A stretch of 59,655 bases of DNA, filler included, from Sphacelaria rigidula (lineage: Eukaryota), in the NCBI GenBank assembly GCA_964200075.2. It is 6 parts of 6 records of this genome, joined end to end, with 100 filler letters (N's around TTAATTAATTAA, not from the genome) between each part and the next. Parts side by side here need not be neighbours in the genome. Positions count along the whole stretch, not along the records: positions 49,797 to 59,655 come from CAXNAA020007618.1; 5 more parts are not named here. One strand, 5' to 3'. Below are positions 50,521 through 59,655 of this stretch, one piece after another. The notes under the pieces were generated by a model that was not told the origin of the DNA, made no database searches, and worked only from the letters and a program-made list of their open reading frames with translations. Both the position numbers and the translations under genes were made by a program. Within the stretch, counting starts at the first letter, position 1; each line of letters starts with the position of its first letter.

Positions 50521-50763
50521 AAAGATTTTACGACCACGGTGGTGAGCAAAACGTGTTGTTTTGTGGTGAATTATCGTGGTGTCTTCGGCACTGTGCGGTA
50601 GATATATTCTCTTGCAATGCGCTGTAAATGTGTACTTTTCGCTGATTGACTGCCCTGGTGCACCGGAGATACTGAATTTCGTATTGCTTAAAATACCTAC
50701 TCATATGCATCCTGAATCTTATGCCCACGGCTGCGCTGTGCTTCTCACACTGAACTTCATCAG

Positions 50764-53700
50764 GGATGGCGGGGAACGGAACTAATGGTATGTGTCAGTG
50801 GGAACTGGCCAACTTACAAGTCCAGGGTGCTCCAGGTGCGGCGTCATGCTCCAGAATAAATTATATCGTGTGCACGTATACGAGAACTCTAAACATATCG
50901 TGGGTGTGGAATTCGTTCATCTGTCGCGCTAGAGTGTGTCTACCACAACATCCTGGTGATGTAAGACCACAAGCGCCGCGAGGTGATTGTACACCACACC
51001 GGACCTTCCGCAAAGAAGAAGTCTACGGTACGGCGGCTGGAACTTTTCGGTAGATATACCGTGGATCGTCGTATTGTTATACTGATGATAGTTCTGCGGA
51101 TCTCTTCTATTAAATCTCCACCTTTACAGGGTCAGGGTAGGTAGGTAGGTAGGTAGGTACGAGAGTAGTGAAACAAAGCAGGGTCATAATCCTGATCACG
51201 AATCTCGTGTGGGAGGAATTGGTAAAGTCACAGTAGACTTGGTGAGAGAAACGAGCGTGTGGCAAAAAATTGATACGTCGTGCACGGAATTGTTGAACTG
51301 TGTGTATTCAAGTGATCTAAAACGTGGGTGGTAGCTTCTATTTACAGTTGAGATCTCTAATGAATGTTACAATATTCACATGGCAGCCAGTTGTAAAGAG
51401 AGACTAGAATGATTTTACAAATGAATCCCCCCACGCGTTCCCTGGATTCCAAACTCACAGTACCTGCAACAGTTGGCGATCATCACGCCGTATGCCCAGC
51501 TGGAGCTGGACTTTAGGTGCTACGCCAACCCGAAGAAAGACCTTACGGCTATCTACCGCAGGCGGTCTAAGCAGATGCCCCCTCTCGCATACGAAGTGAA
51601 GCACCACCCAGGCAGCGTCAACAACCTCCTCATTCAACAACTCATTCACAGGCGAGCCACATCATATGGTAATGCGCGACAAAGGCGAAGTCGATCGTTG
51701 ACCGACTTCGCAGATGCTTAGCGCACATCGACGTATCTCATGTGACGATTTGGATAATGGTCTGAGATGGTTAATAAGCTTCCCAAAAAAGCACTTTCCC
51801 CAACTGATGGCTGAGTTGGCGGCTTACATATCTGTGATTAAGTGAAGCTATGGGCCCATCTCCTGCAGAGTCGGTGAAAATTGCGATTACGTCAACTTGG
51901 GTACAACCAATATTCGTCGATGTTGCTGTGCACTGAGAGCGAAAGGTCGGTGCTGCTCCCTCATTGATCACTATTCCTGCCTGGCCATTTTGCGCGTTTT
52001 TATGCTGCTTCTCGTTTTGCAGGACAAAGTGCAACACTCTTCTGGCATTTTTGACGAGGGAACTGTCCTCCATCGAGAAGTGAGTCTAGTTGCTTTGTCT
52101 GCTGTAACCGACGCGCGAATAAGATCTATCTGCTTGCTAGTAGCATACACCCTTCATTCGCCTTCTTGTTCCGCCATGTTACCCCCAGTTTGCGTTTTCA
52201 TGTGGGGTGAAAACCCTCGTAATTTCTCACATCTCGCACACGGGTGCTGTTAGCTCTACTTGCCAAGTCTAGGACTATCCCTTACCCCTGTATCATTACC
52301 CACCCAGGGGCCACCAATTACATGTAGTCAACTCCACCTTTTAAATCGGAGCGTGGCCTCTGATTGATTGATTGATCGATTGATTGATTGTCGCACTTTA
52401 AGTGGCCCCCAGGGGTCCAGCTGTGGTCTCATGATGAACGTACCGAAGAAAAACGAAACTGAAACATGCTTTAAAGACAAAAAGGAACAGGAAAATAATT
52501 AAATAAAGTCGAACAGAACGACATAGCAGACCAAGTCGTAACAGAAAAAAGGAAGACTCTATACCTGTATTTTATTGTACGTGTTCTGGCATTCATGCCC
52601 ATTTTGACTGTTTTGACAGGACACTGGCCAACCGTATCATCGCGGAGTTGGGCAAGGGATTCGATCCTAAGATGAAACCATCAGACCTCACGGTGAAGGA
52701 CGTGGCTCGTCTCACGCAAATGCTCAAGGATGTGAAGCGCTTCAAGCCACCGGACGGAGGGTGCTTGAGCCCAGCAGGGGAGTACAATCTCAGGTGAGTA
52801 GGGATCAATCTCCAGCATGTTGGACGCGAACCATGTCTCTCCTCTTTGCCCTGTAGAGTGTACGTCCATCAACCACTGCTTAGTTACCGCTCCCAACACG
52901 ACGAAGCGCGTGTCGTCCCAATTGAGAACGGTCATTTTTTCGGCAATCCATGCCGTGCTCCTACTAGGTCGACCTTTGCGGATGTGTATGATCAAGGTCG
53001 GCGTTCCTCCCTTCTTTGGTGTCCTCTATAATCGAAACTCGAATAGACTGGGAATCATGAAGGAGATGGAGCCGCAATATGTGGCAACCTTCAGTGAGAA
53101 GCCTGCGGTGTTGGAGGGGCACCCGTTCATTGTGGAGGCAGGGGTGTCTCTCGGAGGGACTGAGGTAATATATCAACTTCAAACGAGGGGGGTGTAGAGC
53201 CTGCTCGCCAGGAACGTACGAGTCTGTCAAACATTACGTACGAAAATACTTATGACCACAGGTCATGCCGTCTATATTGTGGGTCTCGTTTGTGTTCTGC
53301 CGGCCAAGCAAACGCTATCCGTCCGTGCCCTCCGAAAATCATCGTCCATTGCGCCAGACATTGTGTACATGGAATGCAGTGATGGAATGGAGGTATTGGA
53401 CCGTCATATGAGGCGCCAATTCGAGGGATGATTTTTCGGTGTCTGCGCGGCTGAAGGGCTACATCATGGATAAGATACGAAAAGGGTTCTATTACACGGC
53501 GCCTGCTAAACCCTCCATATGTGGAGTATCAGGAGTGAAGGGGTCGAAACATGGCACCGCCAGGATTGCACGAAAGCATCCGATCCGGCTTGCGATATAT
53601 CTAGGCATACTGCCGAGCCTTCCTTGCTAGCGCGCGTGAATGATCTGACACGAAGCGTCGCGGCTGTCTCACTGTCGCCCTGATTCTTTAGGTGAAGGAG

Positions 53701-54659
53701 GGTGTCAACGTATACCGCTTCGCCAATCGCATTCCCCTCTTGTTCGAGGCTGGCAGCGACGTGGTGACGAGGGTTGCGATGAAGCGAATAAAGTGAGTTA
53801 GCCCAATTGAGAGAGCCTCTTGCACGCTACACGTGACAGTGGCATTTATTTGCTTTGTGCTGCGTTGACATGCGTTCGGTTCGGCACATGTCAGGCGTGA
53901 GGCATGAGCTCGCGACACGTTGTTGCCTCCCCCATCGCACAACTGCAGTGACGCTTTTGTCTCCACTGTTGGTGTCTTTTCTGATCAGCCTTGCTTTTCA
54001 CGCCCTGCCTGCCCTCCCCCCCCCCCCCCCCCCCCAAGCTGGAGCTCGTACAAGGTAGACCACAAGCGCGACAAGATTGGCGTGTTCGTCTCTACCGTCA
54101 GCACAAAAATCCCCTTCAAGGTGAGGAGGAAACTGACTGCATGCAGCACGCACAACTTCAGATGCCGTCCCACGTATACCTCCATGATATGTCCCCCGTT
54201 TGGGAAGATTGCAGGGGTGTAGGCGCATGACGGAAAAAATCCGGTTTTATCCACCGCCGTCGCTGGATGCGGCGATACATGCGGTTTCATTTGTGCGGCA
54301 ATCGGTCACCCAATCGGTTCGATCCGGCGACGGCGAGATGAACGCGCGGCGCAATGGTGGTGCAATTCTGCAACTCGGATAACAGAAACGCACAATACAC
54401 GATTTGAATCAACGACAAGGACCAGATATGTGTGTGTGATTGCTCCTGGCAATGCCTCACAATCGTGCGCAACATGGGCTCCGCGTACGGCTCTCTCTTC
54501 ACTCAGGGCACCAGCAAGGAATACATCGGCGATGACACCGAAGAAATCAAGAAAGCTGTCAAACACGCGCTTCAGCAGTGCTGCCAGCAGCTTCGCGCGC
54601 ATTTGGTCAGAAGAAATGCACTCCGTGAACAACGTGAAAGGAAGAAGGTTCTCACGAAG
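50764..54659 (+). CDS. TOP6B: DNA topoisomerase VI subunit B, internal exons 50764-50835, 51461-51651, 52023-52079, 52620-52793, 53047-53164, 53692-53792, 54039-54120, 54507-54659
   Basis: GNWPTYKSRVLQYLQQLAIITPYA, KHHP, CLSPAGEYNLRLGI, EGHPFIVEAGVSLGG, RFANRIPLLFE and STKIPFKGTSKEYI. Phases are consistent. N- and C-terminal exons were not found in the window. Confidence 0.95.
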
Positions 54660-55611
54660 GCAAGTGCATCGCGGTCCTGGACTCGAGGTGTTATCACAGG
54701 AACCCGAGCTCATGTATTCGTTGTTGTTATTCTTTCATGGTACACGGCGCTGATGTCGCACGGGAGCCAGCAAAGAGGCAGGTGGCCTCAGGCCATGAAC
54801 GTGTGCAATAGACATGTACTCGTGGTGTGATATTGTCATACAAAGAAGCCTAACAATATGAAGAAAATGTGAACACGTTGGGTCAGCTTTCGTCAAAGGT
54901 TCGCCTTGATACGTTACTGTCACTGCCTCCTCTCGTGGAGAGCTCGGCGAAGCCACACCTCAAAATTTCCTCTGAAACGCGGACTCCCTCCGAGAAAGAA
55001 AGACAATCACGTGTTTTATGTATCACGGTTCTGTAAGACTCGCAGAGCACGGTATTACACAAGCTGGTTTCACCAACGAGCACAACAATCCTTCACAATC
55101 TGTTCCAATAGCTACAATGAGGACCGTAGACTCTGAACTGGTCCACGAACACGCTGAGTTCATACGAATACCGGATCATGGATCATGGCCTGAAGTAGGC
55201 TGCGAAATACTGCTGCTCACCCGAACAAGAAAGCACAGCTCTGAGCCAATTGCAGCCGTTTCGCCTGTTTTTGTACCAAAAAAAGTCATTTTCCTCTTCT
55301 CCACACCCATTAATCGTGTAACCACCAACCACACACCATATCTACGCTTCAGGTGGTGACGAGCAACAGGATCTTATTTCGATTTTTCAATTTACCCCAA
55401 ATCGCAAGTAAATCTACGTTGGACGTTCTAGAGTATGAAAAAGAATCGAAATCGTTCCGAGTTACAGTTTTTGGTCATCTTTTCCTGTTCTTGCTTGAAA
55501 GTTTGAGCCATGACCTACAATTTTACCATACTTGCTCCCATTCACAATATGAGTGCAATCAATCTTGCTGCTTGTCGTGTTTGCCTTTGGTTTTAATATA
55601 ATCAGTGCTGA

Positions 55612-56098
55612 CCCTTTAATCACCGAGACCCCTGTTAATAGTAGGGAACGAAACAGGGAGGCTACTTCTGGGGAGGTTCGGGATAGTTGTTTTTAGTGGA
55701 GAGGAAACGCTTGTGTGGAAAAGGCCGGTGTCAAGCATACACTGCTCGTCAAAGTTTTCTCGCATAAGCAGCGGCCAGCAACATGTTGCCGTCTCAGCAC
55801 AGCGAAACAGCATCGATGATAGCGCCAGCTGTGCATGCGGCCATGCATGCATGTACTGTGCGAAGGTCTCAGTATGCACCGTAGGACAGGGTGTAGTTGA
55901 AAAACACGTAGACCATCCTCCCCTGACCATGACAACAGGTTGCTACAAGTTCTTTATCGAAACGTTTTTTTTTGCCACAGTTCTCCCAGGTGCCCTTTTC
56001 CTTAAAGCGTCCATTAACCCCTTGAAAATCATCCTCTACGAACTCGCGGGAGCGTCCGCACGAAAATATCGGAACAGAAACCATGGGTGGTCGAAGGG
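55612..56098. mobile_element. Possible piggyBac-like MITE
   Basis: CCCTTTAATCACC ... GGTGGTCGAAGGG followed by TTAA; the left TSD is degenerate. Confidence 0.4.
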
Positions 56099-59000
56099 TT
56101 AATGACTAGCTTCGTATCGGAATAGAATCACCGGCTGACAGTCCCGGCCGTGAAGGAGGGAGTGCGGGTTCCAGATCCATCCAGAAGATCCCCGAGTCAA
56201 CCATGCCTATTTTTGAGAAATTATTGGTGGATCGACAATCCCAGGGCGGAGAGCGGTGACTAAATTGATGGTTTTGTTTGGCCAAATGATCCATTACGTT
56301 TCGGTACAGATCGCGTGTCATCACCATTATCGAAATCGAGCTGTATGGCCGCTTCTTTTAGACTGAAAAAAGTCACTGAAAAACATTCAGGCGGACGACT
56401 TTATTCTGTCAATTTTTTTAGAGACGTCAGTTTTCGAAACCCCACCGTATGCTGTGGTCTATGGAAGAATCCTGGGGATTTGTACACCCGAGGCCATCAT
56501 CTAGCGTGCGTGGAGGTGGTGGTGGTCATCATTTGCATTTTGTGCTTGTGCCACCTGCGTTAAACTAACACGTAATCCAGTCGAGGTACAGGATAGATGG
56601 GATTGCAACACACAAACACACAGTCTCTCTCTCTCTCTCACACACGCACGCACGCACACAGTAGCTACTGGTATGATGGGGATTGAAATGACAGGCATAT
56701 TAACCCTTTCTTCAGCCGACCGCCGCTTGGTACCGTAGCAGTGTCGCATGTGGTGCAGTGTGCAGCAGTACGGTTTGTGCCATACCGCACGCAACAAACT
56801 CACGTGACAGTCAGTAGTGCGGTAGCAACCGTCTCAGTACACGGAATACTACAGAGTTCACAATCGGTGGCGGGCACGACGAGTGTGAAACGATACGAGA
56901 AGCCAATACAGCCAGCAGGAATGACACCATGGCATCTTGAAGTAGTAACGCTGCTGGCGAAAAAGCACTGTACTGTACTGTTTGTCCCTGGTCTTACGGT
57001 CATGAAGAGGATGCACGAAGTGCCGCTACGGTACTGTACATACAAAAAGCATAGCTACTTTTACAGTGACTGTATTACACGTGTATGCGTGGAGTACGTG
57101 ATTGACCACTGATTGTAGCATTGCGGGTGCGATGTGCCAGGAGTGTGTAATGGAACGTCACTTTCCCGACAGTATAATCTCACTGAGAACTGTTGGCTTT
57201 TGTCAGCGAGATTTAGAAACATCTCTCTGTCTGGAAACGGCTCGCAGTTTCCAGACACCTTTTTAATAAAAAATGGCACTGTAAGGTCGCTTTCTGAAAT
57301 AAATTATCTAGAAACTGTCCAAAATAATTGTTTTTTGCGATGCTTTTCAGTCTACAAGAAGCGGCCTGTCATTACTTCTATAGCGATCACTGGGCGACTC
57401 CAGAACACACAAGAAAGTGCTGCCTGTTTTTTTGCATAGTCTTCGCTACCTGCGCGCCCCTCTGTGTCATTAAGATGGCTGCACACTCTCGTGAAGCATT
57501 ATTCAGGGACGCAGCAGAGATAAGGCGATGTGCAGCAGATAGCGCCGATACGCCAGATGTTTATGCTGTGGTCCGTGTAACATGCACCGCATCATCAAAA
57601 TATGCTCAAGATGTACCCACTTGGCCTCGTAAGTACCGAGACTGAGACACGATAGTCACAGACTATATTGCTTGCGTAGATCGCAGCACTAATGATAGCT
57701 AGCGTGCACCACTTGCAAAATATCTACCCGATGAAAGCGGTCTCAGCGAAAGCATACGTTGAGCTTGGCTCAAACCTGATCGGGGCTTCTCGTGCACTGA
57801 TTTATTTACGAGTGCTCAACAGCCCTTATTAAATTTCCCCTCTCTCCCTTCGCAATACGGATCCTTAGCCTCACGGCATCAACCTATCTCCACCCCGGTA
57901 CCTGCCTTGTAATATGTTTACGAGCATGGACCAGCACTACTGTGCCACGACCTGATACCTTTGTTCTTTTACTTTTTTTCGTTAATTCACGTTCTTCCGC
58001 TTTCCAGGACGGAAAACAGTGAAATCAACATACTTCGAAGTATATTGTCTATAAGGATTCGCACCCACTAATGCGCTCAAAGTGTCCGGAACTATGTACC
58101 AGATCGGCCACCAAGGTGTGGCAGTCTTCCCACTTATGCAAGGAGGCGTTATGTCACGGTAAAGTCGTGTGACCGTGTCCAAATTGGCCCCAGGATATCT
58201 GGCCATACAGAAAATTCACGGCCATGCGGCGTTTTTGTAGCCAATACCTCGAACACTCGTGGGATACCTGTTTTTTGGTTGGAATATGCGAGAAAAAATG
58301 GGGGTGAATTAGCGTACGCTCGCACTCTTAACTGCACCTGTTACAACTTGCGGACAGCAAGGTTTTGTTCCCGATTGCAACTAATCGCCACAGCTCGAGA
58401 AAATTCACTTTCAAGATTTTGGAGCATGATGCATGAACAGTGAAGGTATCGCGGTACGAAGCTTCAGCGATATTTTGGTCATTGCCCTGGTAATCCTTGA
58501 ATTTTGACCCGTACGTGATGTCCCAATAGGATCCAAGCGGCTTGCTTACCTGATCGATCAGAATCTTCGATTTTGAGTTGTTTGAAATGAGAGGAAACGC
58601 GGGATATAATCGTTTTTCTAGAATCTAAAAGAGTTGAATTTGGAAACCCCGATCAATCGGGTGGGTCGGTCAAGTTTCTACAATACCCATCCGGACATTT
58701 GTCGGGAATATCAGGTCAAAATTCTCAGGGTTATCACCCCTTGAACGTCCGGACCTCCTGTTGAACGACAGGTGGTCGAGCTTTCTGGGGGAGTCTGGGT
58801 GACAGAGTATGTCGTTCCCACGCATATGCCACGTGTCATAGTAGTTGATGCCCAAGCCGCGACCAGTAGCACAGTGATGGTCACAGTACAAGGACATTAA
58901 CAGTGATCGCGCCAGCAGTACACGTGGTAACGCATGCCTGAAGATGTTAGCACAAACTGCGAAATATTGCAAGTGATGCCGCGATAGCCCCTCCCCCCCC

Positions 59001-59209
59001 CCCCTCCCAGTACCCCCCTCACCTCTAGACTCTTGGGTTGGCGTCGAGTGTCAACGGCGCTGTAAAACAAGCCACCAAAACCTAAACAAATGTACAGACT
59101 GTCACCATACATATACCGGGGACCGCTACTAAAAAAAAGTCCCGCACCGACGGACACCATGAAAAAACTGAACAACCCAATGGTTTCCCCCCGGAAACAC
59201 CTTTTGTTA

Positions 59210-59655
59210 AACCTACCATAACACAGCCCGGACGTAAAGAAGCTAACCCTCCTCTTTATTTAACCTACTCTGACACAGCCCGGACATAGACATGAAATAG
59301 ATAAGCTTACCCTCCTCTTTATTTAACCTACTATAACACAGCCCGGACATAGACATGAAATAGATAAGCTAACCCTCCTCTTTATTTAACCTACTATAAC
59401 ACAGCCCGGACATACACATGAAATAGATAAGCTAATCCCCCTTTCTATTTAATCTACTATAACACAGCCCGGACATAGACATGAAATAGATAAGCTAACC
59501 CTGCTTTTTATTTCACCGACTACAACACAGCCCGGACATAGACATGAAATCGAGAAGCTAACCCTCCTTTTGATGTAACCTACTCTAACACAGCCCGGAC
59601 ATAGACATGAAATAGAGAAGCTAACCCTACTTTTTATTTAACCTGCTATAACACA
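59210..59655. repeat. 63-bp minisatellite, about 7 units, running off the contig
   Basis: Unit AACCTACTATAACACAGCCCGGACATAGACATGAAATAGATAAGCTAACCCTCCTCTTTATTT at 59262, 59325, 59388, 59451, 59514, 59577; the first unit is shortened. Confidence 0.95.

Noticed and set aside
50764..54659. Archaeal or horizontally acquired Topo VI
   Set aside because: It has spliceosomal introns and a plant-like sequence; TOP6B is established in plants and many algae and protists.
59210..59655. CRISPR-like array or 21-aa coding repeat
   Set aside because: No unique spacers, stop codons in every frame, and no cas genes.

Overview
Eukaryotic, intron-rich and repeat-rich DNA. It is most consistent with a brown alga or other stramenopile; this is inferred from gene style, a plant-type TOP6B and the TE types. 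The window is not contiguous. It is six contigs of almost identical length (9860, 9859, 9859, 9859, 9859, 9859 bp) joined by 100-bp N/TTAATTAATTAA/N linkers, i.e. probably size-sorted unplaced contigs, so no feature should be read across a linker. Host genes: a complete 7-exon USP12/USP46-like deubiquitinase (minus strand), internal exons of a DENN-domain protein (minus), 8 internal exons of DNA topoisomerase VI subunit B (plus), and weaker unknown multi-exon genes. The rest is mostly mobile DNA: three degenerate Ty3/Gypsy elements, Copia-type LTRs, a LINE 3' end, tRNA-derived SINEs, many MITEs, microsatellites and a 63-bp minisatellite. Most notable observations: (1) Gypsy elements lack a tRNA-type TGG primer-binding site, and one family has an LTR-internal complement of it (possible self-priming); (2) an integrase carries a chromodomain plus an extra Tudor/PWWP-like tail; (3) two unrelated MITEs carry telomere-like G-repeats; (4) three GC-AG splice donors; (5) a tandem duplication created a second splice acceptor inside the USP gene. 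All calls are by eye; no searches were run.
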